Part shown: piece by piece, positions 25,482-63,977 of the stretch
How the letters are laid out: each line of letters starts with the position of its first letter
How positions within the stretch are numbered: the first letter of the stretch is position 1
DNA from: Amoebidium appalachense
Lineage: Eukaryota > Protista > Ichthyosporea
Assembly (NCBI GenBank): GCA_963693365.1
Contig: CAVNZM010000005.1
Span: forward strand, 9,404,334-9,468,333
Length of the DNA: 64,000 nucleotides
Reading direction: 5' to 3'
The notes under the pieces: model-generated
The model's input: the letters and a program-made list of their open reading frames with translations, nothing else
The model's database searches: none
What the model was told of the DNA's origin: nothing
Position numbers and translations under genes: made by a program

Positions 25482-26617
25482 GACGCCTTTCACTGATAAC
25501 TTTGAAGCCTGTGCGCTGCGCTTGGATAATATGATATCAATGGGTTCGTCTGGGTTCGTGCTGTGTCAACGGCAACAGTTGCGTGGGGAACACTTTCCCC
25601 AAGTCTTTGCATCCGTGACACTGGCAGTGCAGACTCAGATGAGGAAGCAAACCATGCACGTTCGTGGTGTGACGGAAAGTGTAGTTTCAGGCACCAAAAG
25701 AAGCCATTTAACAATGGAACCAAGAAGATTAAAGAAACCCAATGAAGACCCACATCACGGTAGAAAATACACGGTGCACCAACGAGGAGCAGCGAGTGTT
25801 TCTTGTGTGAGGTTGTGTGTGATGGTTAGCCATCAATATCTAGCGGTCGTGAGCTCTAGATGTTGTGGGTGGTTTAGACAATTTTACACGACTGGAAAGC
25901 AATCGGCTGCAAGTGAAGCAGTAGGTAATTGAAGCTTTCCTCTACTCATGAGCTTTTCAGTGAGCTCAGCATGACTTGAAGTGTGCTGAAAGTAAACATA
26001 CATAGGTTTTGTTTGTTGAATCGATGAAATGTTGAGCAATTCCGTTTTGCCCTCCTCCGAGAGAATTATTGCAACCAATCATATCTAGCAAAGAGTGAAG
26101 GCGTGACCTATGACCAACCAGATCTCGAAAGCAATACAGAAACTACCGAATCGGGTAAAAACGCGCTCGCTCAATTCTGCTTATCACACTGTCCCCGGAC
26201 CCCGGCTTGATTTTTTACACTTGTACACGTATACTATTCATTTTTGGTAGTGGTTGGTGTCATCTATTCAGTGGAAAAAATATCGTTCGCTTCTGCAACC
26301 TACAGCTACAACTATAACGCGGACAAGACCAGCTCGTCCGGACAAACTGCATGTCAAGCCCGCCTGTTGTCTAATCGCTCGATCACATATGCATCGACTT
26401 CGTTCTCATCATGTTGAGTTTCATGGACTAACATCCACAGTGCAATGGCAGCCCTTCATAACACTGCATTCTGTAGTTTTCATAAACACTACGGCTCTTA
26501 AATTAGCGCTTGTCAGTAGGATCCAAATAGAAAAGGAAGACCCAGCTGGAGGGGAAAAAAGAATACACTACTATCTTTATACGTACAAATAGCAGAAAGA
26601 AATGGGCGGGGACGCTC

Positions 26618-26692
<75 letters not shown>

Positions 26693-27138
26693 GGGGGGGT
26701 GGGGTGGGGGTGGGGGGGGGGGGGGAGGGGGGGGGGGATTTTTTCACATCAGACAATCCAAAGCTGTGCCAAACTTGAACTTAAGAGCTTTGTTCGAATT
26801 CTATATATGTTGGTGGTCGGGTGTACGTGCGTGTGCAAAACCTCAAATTAACGGTTTCTAATCAAGTACTTGAAGTACTCTAAGGTTCGGCTCAAAACAG
26901 GAACAGAGCACTTGCATGTAAAAAGTGGAAAAGTGGGCGGGAAAAAGGAGAAGGGGGGCAGGGAGGGTGGGGGCAGGGAGGGAGGGAGGGAAGGGGGGAA
27001 GGGGGGGCCGGTTGATATCCGAATTCGAAGACACCAAACTCCAGGAAAAGAAAACAGCACATGTACGAAGGAACAAATCAGAAACCACTCACACCCACAG
27101 TCGGGCGGCAATAAGTTTCAAACAAAACAAAAGGGAGG

Positions 27139-27176
<38 letters not shown>

Positions 27177-27214
27177 GCCGTTGTCGATCCTCGCACCTTA
27201 CTGTCCTGTCCCGA

Positions 27215-45097
<17,883 letters not shown>

Positions 45098-45413
45098 CTC
45101 TGCATGCATCGAAACATATATCAGAAGCGGGTCCCGGATATCAAGGTCCAAGAATACCGCCTCCTAGGTGTGCTTCTAATATATAATGAGGAGGTGTGCA
45201 GTTTCTCCCCTTGTAAAGCACATTACCCGTTTGGAACGATATTCCTGATGTATGATCCTTTTTTGGCCTGCCAGCTATCACGTTCATGGTTTGGAATCCC
45301 CCTCCTCCCCCCCCCCCCCCTCTCCCTCCCCCCCCCCCCCCCCCCCCCCCCCAAATGTATATATCCCTCCCCCAACAGCCTCAACCTTCCCCCCCCCCCT
45401 CTCACCTCCCCTT

Positions 45414-45468
<55 letters not shown>

Positions 45469-45561
45469 GCACACACACACCACACAAGCACACAGACACA
45501 CACACATATACACACGCAAACACGCACACGCACACGCACACGTGCGCGCGCGCACACACAC

Positions 45562-45614
<53 letters not shown>

Positions 45615-45939
45615 CATGTACACATGCACACATACAGGCCTACGCTTGGAATGAAAGACTGTGGTTGGGGATCAAAACATAGGCGGATGATCCGGGGGGG
45701 GGGGGGGGGGGGGGGGGGGGGAAGAATGTCGGATGTTGCGTCTGGTCGCAGGAGAAAGGGGGACAGGGGGATCGAGATTTGGAGCGAGGGGAAGGGGCGG
45801 AAGGAAGGGGGAGCCTAAACTCCTTTGCACAGCAAAAAGGCAAGTTGCTGTTGCTGCAGCTGCTAACATACACTTCAAAAAGCACATCGAAACCATGCTG
45901 GATCCACCTACTGTGGCTCCAATTGCCCATGCGCGGACC

Positions 45940-46619
45940 AACTTACTTGCAATTTAGAATGTGCCCTGTTTCGTGGAAATTTGTCTGTTCCTTCTTGCAC
46001 AACAACTGCGATATACGTGAGGTATATAGAAAGTCCATGCAATGATCTAGCAGGATTCCCTTGCACCTGTGTGTGCTTTTGAGTTCGTGTTCATTTGGAA
46101 GAACGGTGTACATGTGCGCTGCCCGGGCATGACGTCATTTTTAGTACATGAGCCTGAAAGTTTTTTTTTAGGGGTTAATTATATCTTTTACATAGTACAA
46201 TTTATCGGTAAAGCCCCCAAAATGCAATCGCAAGTTACATCAAGGTATAGGTAGTTAAAAAAAATAAATGTGGTCCGTGGCGCGCTTTTTATGCCTCATG
46301 TCATATTATATGTTCTTTTTGTTTTTTCTTCCCCCCCCGGTTTTTCTATAGGAAGCGTGCAGGTTCTGCTTAGATGTTACACATGCTATTCTCTCTTTCT
46401 CGTGCTATAAACCACGTTTTTTTTTCTTGCCCCCTAAGCTGCATTTTTTAATTCCATCTGTCCACCTTTCCTCTGTGTGTCCACCTTTCCTCTGGACTTC
46501 TCGTGTAATCATACACGCTCACATACGCGACCCACACTTTTTAATTTGCTTGGTAGCAGTCTTTTGTTTAGTACAGCTGATAGCGATGTGCATGGATGCA
46601 ATTTAACAAGACGATAACC
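45940..46619. promoter_or_regulatory. Probable bidirectional promoter and 5' UTR region between TTC27 and the coiled-coil gene
   Basis: Microsatellite-free interval between divergent starts (45097 -, 46620 +). A gtaagt donor on the - strand near 45946 suggests a non-coding first exon of TTC27. Confidence 0.45.
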
Positions 46620-52977
<6,358 letters not shown>

Positions 52978-53400
52978 AATTTGAATTTTCAACACGGCGG
53001 CGGACCCGGCTGCCACATACCACCTACCCAACCTCTCGGGCCCATATTCAGATCTAGTACGGGAGGAAACTGAGGCGGGTCACTTCCTCTGCGATTCGAT
53101 TCGCATCCCCGGTTTCTCGATTCGGTGCTGGTGTACGGCATGCGTGAAATCCAGCTAAATTAAATGGAAGCTGGGAACTGTGGGTGGCAGGGAGAGGAGG
53201 CGATTGTTGGGAGACCAGCTGTGACATCCCTAGGACTCCGAGGTGTGTTTGTATATCAGTGAAAATAGCACTTAGGGCCGAAGGCTGTCTGCTAGCAGTA
53301 AGACGTTTTATTGGGTTTTTTGGGGGGAAAAACACATGTTAAACCACGTATGTGCACACACGAACACGTGGTCACACATAAGCTGCGCGTGCGCACCCAG

Positions 53401-53470
<70 letters not shown>

Positions 53471-54036
53471 CATCCACGCACGTTAACACGGACACACGGC
53501 ACACGATATGCCACACTTTAGTAAGCTTGCGTAGTGTGGATCCACATTCATGTTGTAGGATGACATTGTATTGTTATAGGCCAATCCTTATTGTTGGATT
53601 TCGTTGATCTGATCCTTTGCTAATAGTTTTGGGAACGACATGACCAGGCAGACAGAAATAGAAGCTAGCAGTATGTTTGCTTTGAGACAATTGTTTTTGC
53701 GGCTATTGGCTTGTATAATAACGTTATTACACTAATGGTTTGTCTTTGTGTTCTCGTTGAATTGAAGAATTGTGCCATAGATGTGCCATAAAATAACGAG
53801 CTGTTGAAGTATCTAAGACGATGGGGAGTCGTCAAGTAGTAATGGGGACAGTTTAGGGTATGTTTGTAAAGCCCTGAATATGTGCGTGCTTATGATTTTA
53901 TTTAACGAAAAATACAAGCCGATGTGCAAGTATGTGAAACGTACGTGAAAAATGAATCGAGGCCGAGCACCAAGAGCGCGCGCACACACACATACACGTA
54001 TGTGTGTGTTTGTGTGTATCTGTGTGTACGTGCGCA

Positions 54037-54137
<101 letters not shown>

Positions 54138-54231
54138 CATCTCGGACACATGCACATAATCCGGCACAGCTCCATAGAGGTTATCCACCGGAGTAGGACC
54201 CTCTGGTCACTTGCATCAATTCTTCTCTCTT

Positions 54232-54265
<34 letters not shown>

Positions 54266-54403
54266 ACTCCGCCCCTTCTTTTTTGAAACAGTAGATCTCA
54301 GCCTCATCATGTCCGCGCAATTACGCACATGCATGTATGTAGAGCATACAGCACGTGTTCACAAGTGTCACACACTTAGCTAGATAGAGAGCTCGATCGT
54401 ATT

Positions 54404-54760
54404 TTATAAAACTGTAAAAAAGGTAGGAATATATATATGAGCACTCCCAAACCGAATACTACGGCCGGCCGGTTTGAAGATGGCAAAATCCAACGGCTCA
54501 CGACTGGTGAGCATCCCAAATGGTTGATCAGGTGAATCGCGTGTGCGCGCTTTTACTTTGGAGTACAACATCACCTCCCTCCGAGAAAACAGTACAGGTT
54601 GTTCGTGAGGGATTACTGAAAGTGGTGAAAGTGGTGATGTAAACTTTAGCCAGAGCTGAGAGCTCCTTTTTTTTTTTGGCTGGTGCCAGAGCCCTGGGTG
54701 GCAACTTTGCACTTGATCTGGCGCGTTGACGTTATAACTTTTGACGAGCATGCTGGGCTA
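54404..54760 (-). other. Unassigned open frame or gene fragment
   Basis: Non-repetitive 115-codon frame containing LFSRREVMLYSKVKART, similar to FSRDERDLIHRWAAHT near 63715. Exon-like pieces also occur on the + strand at 55600-55890, so strand and model are unresolved. Confidence 0.3.
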
Positions 54761-54965
54761 AGTTGACCGTGCACATGGGGTAAGTGTTCAGATTCCCAGC
54801 GGACCAACCATCATTGAAATATTCCAGAAAGAGCACATGTCTTAAAGCATTACCTGAGCATGCACGTCTGTTTTCAGCACATTGTGTGTTTTCTTCAGAG
54901 CAATTTTAAACGAGGTGTGACTTTTTGCACGAATTTGAACCGTGGAGATGTTGCCGCTCCTTGCT

Positions 54966-54999
<34 letters not shown>

Positions 55000-55306
55000 A
55001 CTCCTGCCCCCCTCCTCCCCCCCCCCCCCCCCCCCCCCTTGCCCCCGTTGACTCTTGCCCTCCCAACAACTATACACCCGACCAGTTTCCTCTCTGTGTT
55101 TCCGAGAATGAATTTTCTTGAAAGATCCGTTTGTTAACCTTTCACATGTCTAAAACCCTAAATGCACAAACACACTCTCTATCAGCCCCCAGCCCCCTCC
55201 CTCCCTCCCCCCCCCCCTCCCCCCCCCCCCCCCCCCCCCCGCCCACCTCCCAGCCCCCTCTCCCGCCCACCCTTCCCCCTGCCACCCCCCGCTACAGCAC
55301 TCACAC

Positions 55307-55344
<38 letters not shown>

Positions 55345-55361
55345 AGAGAGAGACACACACA

Positions 55362-55398
<37 letters not shown>

Positions 55399-56256
55399 CT
55401 CCATTCGCACCGTTTCTTGTTGGCTTCCGTGGCCATATGCCCTGTGCAGTAATGCCCTTTGACATGGAGACCGCCTTCTCATCAGAACACGGGAAGGGAC
55501 TCAACCCCGACTCAGTGCAACATAGATCTGTTGATTTTCGCCCATGTTTAACGCTTTGTATTCTTATGGTAAACTAACACAGCGTCTACCACCAACCAGG
55601 GGTTTGCGCGAAACCGCAACTTGCGCCATCCCGGAAGGTGAGCTTGAGCATTTAGGGCCTATTTCCCGAATGTGGCTACCCATGGGAAGCATCTTGTGAT
55701 TTTTCATTTCATGTTGGGAATGTCGAACCAAGCAAGTACTCCCAAGAGTCGTAAAGGCACTCCTCCTATAATACCACGTCCAGGAAATCCTGTTCTTGCC
55801 CTGCCTCTACCGCTTCCGACGCCAGGTTTTGGGCTTTTTGGCCAAGGTGCTCATGGACATCTCCAGCCAAACTATGGAGCTCTCGGGAGGTAGGTTTCTT
55901 TTTCTTGTTTTTCCGTTGCCACTAACCTGAACTTGCATGTGTGTGCGTGCATGTGTGTGTGTGTGTGTGTGTGCGTGCGTGTGTGTGTGCATGTGTATGT
56001 GTGAGTGTGTGCTTGTGTGCGTGTGTGTGTGCGTGTGAGTGTGTGTGCATGTGTGCATGTGTGCGTGCGAGTGTGTGTGTGTGCGAGTAATTGTGCGTGC
56101 GTGCGTGCATGTAATGGTGTGTGTGTGCGTGCAGGCGGGCGGGCGGGCGGGCGGGCAAGCGGGCGGGCGGGCGAGCGGGCTGGCGGGCGGGCGGGCAGGC
56201 GGGGCGGGCGGGCGGGCGGGCGGGCGGGCGGGCATGTGCAGACATGATGGTGGTGT

Positions 56257-56287
<31 letters not shown>

Positions 56288-57214
56288 GGGAGGGGGGGGG
56301 GGGAGTGGGGAAAGTGTGTATGTGTTTGGGGAGAGGGGAAAGAGGGAGGGGGAGGAGGGGGGTGCGGGAGAGGGGGGTGGGAGAGTGGTTGTTTGGTAGG
56401 GATAGGTGTGTGGGTGTGTGTTGTTGTGTGCAAATGTCGTTTATCTTATCCATGCACACGACAAAGTTAAACCATTAACTGGTGCTGGGGCCTTGTAGCT
56501 GTATGCGGCAGCATCCAAAAGACACTTTCTTTTCTATTTTCTCTGTGCTCATCTCTCAAGTGAGTTCTGTGCACGCCATACTTCGACACCTTTTTTTTAC
56601 ACATGGAAGGTTGCACATACCGATACATGGCTGTGCAGCACTGTGTTGTGACGGATTTTCCTCCTTGACATTAGTAAGTTTTACTGTGTGCCTGCTCTTG
56701 CCGCTTCCTTTCTTGCAATCTTTTCTCCCCCCCCCCCCCCCCCCCCCCCCCCCCATCCCCCCCCTCTTCCCCCACGACGACGACGACGACCACCACCACC
56801 ACCACAACACCCCCACCGTACCCGAAAAAGTTACATTTTTCCTTTTCTTCTTCTTCTTCTTCGTCTTTCTTTCTTCTTTTTTTTTTCTTTTTTTTTTTTT
56901 GGCTTGTTTGTTTGCCCCTTTTTTTCTTGGATATCTCTTTTGTTTTCCAAAGCAGTCCCCCCCCCCCCCCCCCCCCCCCTTTTTTTTTTTTTTGTGTGTG
57001 TGTGTGTGTTGGGGGGGGGGGGGGGGGGGGGGGAGGGGGGGGGAGGGGGCTCAATGAGTTGGTCTGGCTGGTCATATTGCTGGTGATTGTTGCCGATGAC
57101 GCTGTTGTACCGGGCCCGTTTACATCACAGCTCTGGTGCAATTTTTATAGTTATACCCCCCTCACCCCTCACCCCCCCCCCCCCCCCCCCCCTCCCCTAC
57201 CGCCACTTACCCCC

Positions 57215-57252
<38 letters not shown>

Positions 57253-57514
57253 CCCCCCGGCACACTTTCCCCTATATCTGCCATCACCATCACCAGGCAA
57301 GCATTTCTCACCAATTACTCTTATTTTTTTCATCACTTGTTTCTGTGGTTAAAAGGCTTCCCCCCCCCCCCCCCCCCCCTCCCCCCCGGAGCTCGGCCTC
57401 CCCCACACACATGCTCGGTACATACATACACACATGTGTTCAGTCGTTCACACACACACGTACACAAATGTTTCCATGCACACGTACAGACACACGCGCG
57501 CGCACACACACACA

Positions 57515-57630
57515 CACATATACCCTAGCAGGTGTGCGAGCACACACACACACACACACATATACCCTAGCAGGTGCGCGAGCACACACACACACACATA
57601 TATACCCTAGCAGGTGCGCGAGCACACACA
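57515..57630. repeat. Three copies of ATACCCTAGCAGGTGYGCGAGC within a CA tract
   Basis: Units at about 57520, 57562 and 57602. Confidence 0.85.
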
Positions 57631-57717
57631 CACACACGAAACACTCGTGCACACACACATATACAACACGCACGTGCGCGCACACACAGACATGCACAAA
57701 CACACACACACATATGC

Positions 57718-57778
<61 letters not shown>

Positions 57779-57788
57779 TACACAAATT

Positions 57789-57835
<47 letters not shown>

Positions 57836-58088
57836 ACACACACACGCACACACACACACACACACACACACGCACTACCACCACCACCAAGAAGAAAGAG
57901 TTGGCAGACTCAAACAGTTAATAGCTTACCTTCTCCCCCCTCCACACACACATCAGCACCCACCCACCCAATGATGGGCTCTACTTGTCATGCATGCTCT
58001 TTGTGTGGGCTCATTTAAAAGCGTCGGCCTGGTGTTGCCCGTCGTGAGTGTGTACTTTGTCCTCTGCAGCACATTCTAAACGAACTCC

Positions 58089-58122
<34 letters not shown>

Positions 58123-58281
58123 CCCCCCCCCCTTCCTCCCCGTGGATTACTGTGCCCCCTTCCCCCTGATGATGGGCTCTGCTTATTATGCATATTCTTG
58201 ATGTTTGGTTTGCACTGTGAATTGTATTGTTCGTCATATTTTTGTTCTTCATATTCTTTAACGCTCCCCCCCCCTCCCCCC

Positions 58282-59143
58282 AGACATCTTTACTTCCATG
58301 CAACCGGGCATGGTTGCTCTGTGTCGTGCATCTGTAAGCACATACGCGTTTGTCGCTGCACTGCATTAGTTTGCACATACATCTTCACCGTTTTGCTCAC
58401 CTTGCTTGCATAAGCAACCCTGCTCGTCTTTGATCAAGACGGGTTGACCCACCCAAGTTCAGTTGATGCTGCTGTCTGAGTTGGAGCGTCGTATATACGC
58501 GGGCTAAGGGGTCGAAACTCAGACGCAATTGATGACTTGGGCCCTCCCTGAGGATGGGCTCTGCTTATGACGCATACTGTGCGCATGGCTGATGCTGCAT
58601 ACTTGAATGTTTGCCTTTGCATGTGTCCTGCACCATGCTTCTCATCGTGTATGCGTACTTCGTACTGTGTTCCGCATTCAAAACCCCCCCTGTCTTCTTT
58701 CAGAGGTGTCCTTTCAGGACAGACCACTGTGTGGAGACATCTTTACTTCCATGCAACCGGGCATGGTTGCTCTGTGTCGTGCATCTGTAAGCACATACGC
58801 GTTTGTCGCTGCACTGCATTAGTTTGCACATACATCTTCACCGTTTTGCTCACCTTGCTTGCATAAGCAACCCTGCTCGTCTTTGATCAAGACGGGTTGA
58901 CCCACCCAAGTTCAGTTGATGCTGCTGTCTGAGTTGGAGCGTCGTATATACGCGGGCTAAGGGGTCGAAACTCAGACGCAATTGATGACTTGGGCCCTCC
59001 CTGAGGATGGGCTCTGCTTATGACGCATACTGTGCGCATGGCTGATGCTGCATACTTGAATGTTTGCCTTTGCATGTGTCCTGCACCATGCTTCTCATCG
59101 TGTATGCGTACTTCGTACTGTGTTCCGCATTCAAAACCCCCCC
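58282..59143. repeat. Near-identical tandem duplication, 453-bp period (58282-58690 and 58735-59143)
   Basis: Both copies run from agacatctttacttccatgc to ccgcattcaaaaccccccc; ORFs 58434-58727 and 58887-59195 are identical over the shared part. Confidence 0.92.
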
Positions 59144-59273
59144 CCCCCCCCCCCCCCCGGGGCCCCCCAGCAGCCACTACTGGGTACCGCAACATGTAGC
59201 CCTACCCTCTCAGACCCCCAGTCAGTCGTTCCCCTGCCGTGCTCCTGCCCCGCGTGGAAATACCGAAAATTCA

Positions 59274-62200
59274 ATGCAGTGGTGGGGGTCGTATGGGTGG
59301 CCAGCCTTCGGATATGGTCACTCGGTGAACACGGGGGTGGGGTTCCAACATCCGGCCATGGTGCAAATGTCGGTTCCAGGAGGTAAACCCGCGAAACCCG
59401 ACGGCCAATCAAATGACAACGGCGGCAAATCGTCGAGCGGATCGGAGGAGGGTGAGGGAGATGAAGGTGGGTCCTCTGAGGAATCGGACTCCGATGACGA
59501 GTCAGAAGACGAGTCGGATTCCGAAAAACAAAAACAAAAACCCGGGAAATCGGGGCCTGGGGGTGTGTCCGGGCACGAATCGGATTCCGGTGACGAGCCT
59601 GAAGACGAATCGGATTCCGATGACGAGTCGGAAGACGAGTCGGATTCCGAAAAACCAAAACCAATATCCGGGAATTCGGGGTCTGGGGGTGCGTCCGGGC
59701 AGGTGTCAAAGGAGTCAAAACCGGAACAGGCGACACTGAACGTGGCAGAGTCAGAAGCGCGGAAGGGTGGGACTTTGGAGAAAGGGAAAGACGTTTCGGG
59801 TCCTCCACCGACTTCCAAACGGGCAAGATGGAAAACAGGAAAGCAGGAAAAAGAGCAAAACCCCAAACCCGAAAAGGAGCAAAACCCCAAACCGGAAAAG
59901 GAGCAAAACCCCAAACAGGAAAAAGAGCAAAAACCCCAACAGGAAAAGGAACAAAGCCCCCCACAGGATAAGGAACGACGGGTGGTGGACGGCGGGAAGG
60001 AGCACGAGACGGGCACACCGTGGTCTGGGATTAAGACCAAGAGCGGGAAAATAGTTCTGGGAGACAAACGAGAGAAACAGCAACAACGGGGACAAAGGAA
60101 GCAAACGGGCGGAGAAACACCTAATTTTTCACGCTATGAACAGACGACACAACCCCAAACACCAACGTCTAATAGTACTGCAGCGGATGGGGAAACGACA
60201 CAACCGAAACCGCCATCCCAGCAGGGGTTTCCGGTACGGCACCAACGGAAACGTAAACCGGCGCTTGCAACCTCTGAAGAAGAAGGGGAGCAAGAAGAGA
60301 AACAACCACCACCACCAACAACAACAACACCGGCTGGATTGAAGGCGAAAGCAAAGCAGGCGCCGACACCACCAAGGCAACAACAGCGACAACAAACGAA
60401 AGAGTCACAATCCGTTGAGCAAGCGCCTTCGAAAACGCTCACTGTACCGCTATCACAACCACCACAATCGAAGGAACTTTCTGCACAACAGCATCAACCA
60501 CCACCAACACAACAGGCAAAACCACTGCTGCCAACGCCACCCCCACAACAACAACAACAAGGAAAATCACTTCTACCAACACCGACACAACATCCCAACC
60601 CAACTCTACAACCACAACCACCACAACCACAACCACCGCCGTCACACATTCCACCAGCGAAATCGCCAGCGCCAAGGAAGGGAGACACGAAGGAGCCACC
60701 GGAAAAGTTAGACAAGATGCAAATATTTTACCTTCTGCGCCAATCTGTTCCCCGGCAACAGAAAACACCGCAGCAGGATGCAACATCCCAACCACCACCA
60801 CCACCACAGGTAAAACCAACGCCGCCGCCACCACAACCGCCACCGACATCGCAACCAGCGAAGACATCGACGTCAGCTTCACTAGCACGGCCCGTACCAG
60901 CACTAACACCACCGCCATCCGACGCGAAACTTACACCGCCGACACCACAACCACCACAACAGGGAAAGCCAGCAACACCTCAACCACCGCCGCCACCACA
61001 ACCACAAGTAAAAACCGCAGTGCCAACAAGACAACCGCTGGCCACAGCACAGACACCAACGCCAGCACCACAGCCTGTGTCGGCACCGACACCACCGAAA
61101 CCACCACAGCAGCCACCGGCGACAACCATTACACTGCTACCGGCCAAACCACCACCACCACACGCAACATCTACCCCTCTACAACAACCAAAACCAACAC
61201 AACAACCGCCGCCGCCGCCGCCGCCGCAGCCGCAGCCGCCAGCATCATCAACACCGCGCCCACCAACTTATGCTCCGACCCCGACACCACCACCACCACT
61301 ACAACAACAGCGACAACACCCACCACCACCACCACCACCACAACAACAACAACAACAACTATTAAACCTACTACTAGAACAACAACTACAACAACTAGAC
61401 CAACTACTACAACAACAAGGACAACAACAACATCCACCACCGCCGCCACCACCATCACAACAACAACACTCGGAACCAACAACCCAAGCCAACTCGCCGT
61501 TTCCCGTACCACCACCACCACCACCACCACCAGAACGACAACAACAACAACAACATCAGCAAGACCAGCTACCGCCACCGCCACCGCGTGAAGCACGAAA
61601 ACTCCCAACACAGCAACCCGACGCACAACTTCTCCGCCAAGCCGAACAGCCGTTGATAGCGCCGTTACCACGTGCACAGCAACCCAGACCGACACAAGAA
61701 CAGGCAAAGGAAACACTGCCACTGCCACAACAATTGGTGCAACCGCCGCTGCCGCTGCCGCTGCCACAACAACCACCACCACCACAACAACAACAACCAC
61801 AAGCACCCCCACAGGCAACACCAAAACCACAGCCCGTCACTAACAACACGACAACCACCACCACCCCCACCGCCTCTCCCGCCCCCGCCCCCGCCCCCGC
61901 CACTACCACCACCACCGTCCCTGCCCCCACTGCCGCCGCCACCACCACCGCCACCACCACATTGGAGATGATCATAGACCTTACGGGTAGCGATGATGAT
62001 ACACCACCAACAATTACGCCCCCAGTCAGCAACATTATCATTCGGTCATTCGGTCGGCCCGCATCCTCCGACCCGGCCCGTACCCTCTCCAAGCCCAATC
62101 TTGTCGGCGGCAAAATGGCAAACGCTTCAACCCCACCCCCCGATTCCACCACGTCGCCTCCCACTTCTATTCCCCGACCAGAACCCAATTTTACTTCTAC

Positions 62201-63792
62201 TACCACCGCCACCAGTAACCCACCTGCAAAGACAACCGCCCCACCCCGACCCAACCCCCCGCCCAACGTGCCGAATGCCAACACACCAACAGCCACACCA
62301 CCCATAGCGCAACTCCCACCCACCACCACCACTACCACCACCATCCCCACCCCTACCCCCGTCGCTGGTTCTGTCGCTGGTACGAACACCAACCCCCCCT
62401 CCTCCTCCCACAACTACGCAGGATGCGAATCCGAATAAGGAAACACGACAGCAAAATTCATCCGCTCCGCCTTCTCCCACCCGCTCTTCATCAACCCCCA
62501 CCCCCACTGCCGCCGCCACCACCACCACTACCAACATACCTGCGTCGGAAGGTACGAGGTCCGAAAACCCAAGCCCCACTACCCGGAATCCAGGTTCGGG
62601 TCGCGCTCACTGGCGGTCCAAGAGGTCGGCAACCCGAACCGACCCGTCACAGTTCAAACCTATATTCGGGCTGGACGGGATGGGTGATGATACCCCCTTA
62701 GGGAGCAGGGAGCAATCTTCGGTTTCGCCAAGCGAAGATGGCGGTGGGGATGCGTCCATAAATACGGAGGAGCAAGGTCCCCCGAATTTGGAAAGATTGG
62801 AAGGCCAAGGGGTGAAGGGACGGAGTTCATCGGCAACAAAAACCCCGGCTCAGGATGAAATTTCGCCTAGTGAGAGCGAGAGCGATGGCACCAGCGACAT
62901 TGAAAAACCCCTCAAAGCCACGCCGGTTTCGAGCAGTAAGGTTTCTATGGGAAAGCCGGGTTTTAATTCGGGGAGCGGACATTCCAAAACTGGTTCGGGG
63001 GATGATAGCGACAATGAAATGCTGAGTTCTTTGTTAAATCGGCCCGCCAAGCGTGCCAGCAAACACGGGAAAACCACGAAGGAGCTGGTGTCGAAACGGA
63101 GGAAGGTTGTATCGAAAGAATTGGTTAGCAACAGCGATTCTGACGGGGATGCATCGGATATTGTCGGCGAGAAACACGGGACATCGGTGGGCGCTTTGGA
63201 AGGAAACGAATCCGGAAAACCGACAAAGTCCCGGGGTTTTTGGGCGAACTCGGGGGATGATACTTCGATGGGGGACCAATCGAATCTCGAGGATCCGTCG
63301 TCGGCAGCGCAATCGCCATCCGCCAACCAATCAAACGGCACAGATTCGTCTCGTGCACGGAGAAAACGTTCCGCTCCCCGTGATGAGGAGCAATCGGAAG
63401 GGGAGGATCGTTCAGGGGAGGAGGAAGAAAATGGGGGCAGTTACAGTAGTAGTAGTGATTCGGAGGGGGAAACGGTGAAAACGCCGGGAAATCGGTCGAA
63501 ATTGCAAGGGAAGAAGAAAACTCCCATCCCTTCCAAGCAAACGAAAAAGCACAAGGGGAACACTTCCTCTCCAGAGAGTAGTATCATTGGTGGTAGTGTG
63601 TCGGAAGGGGAGGAGAAGGGAGATGAAGGAGACGAGGGGGAGGAAGGGGAGAATGATTTGAAGGAACCGAAAAATGGGAGTTTAGGACCGGGGCCGAGGC
63701 CTGAGGCTGTGTTTTCGAGGGACGAACGTGACCTCATTCACCGGTGGGCTGCCCACACCGTCAACCCGTGGCCAGAGCTACCACCTGGAACG
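59274..63792 (+). CDS. Very large exon (~1,500 codons) encoding an intrinsically disordered acidic and P/Q/T-rich protein; gene continues beyond the window
   Basis: ORFs 59064-62438 and 62680-63918 join if one base is removed near the C7 run at 62393-99; the downstream frame is open through QDANPNKETRQ..GLDGMGDD. Internal repeats ESDSDDESEDESDSEK and EKEQNPKP, NLS-like KRRK, donor acg/gtgtgt at 63792. Start codon uncertain. Confidence 0.75.
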
Positions 63793-63805
63793 GTGTGTTC
63801 CATTT

Positions 63806-63841
<36 letters not shown>

Positions 63842-63881
63842 CTGCTCTCTCTCTTTCTCCTTCTCTCTTTCTCTCCCCCTT

Positions 63882-63912
<31 letters not shown>

Positions 63913-63944
63913 ATCTGAGAATCTAATCTAAGCATGGTGCTGTA

Positions 63945-63977
<33 letters not shown>

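Noticed and set aside
53090-53233. gattcgattcgcatccc and tgacatccctag, reminiscent of hAT-type termini
   Set aside because: No matching opposite terminus or 8-bp target-site duplication could be identified.
55495-55545. QQIYVALSRG on the - strand, resembling Pif1/Helitron helicase motif VI
   Set aside because: It is bounded by stops on both sides, and no motif V (TxxKSQG) or other helicase motif was found upstream, so it is treated as chance.
58165-58560. TGATGA and CTGA motifs suggesting a C/D box snoRNA
   Set aside because: Box spacing is inconsistent, the motifs are not kept across repeat copies, and no rRNA guide was recognisable.
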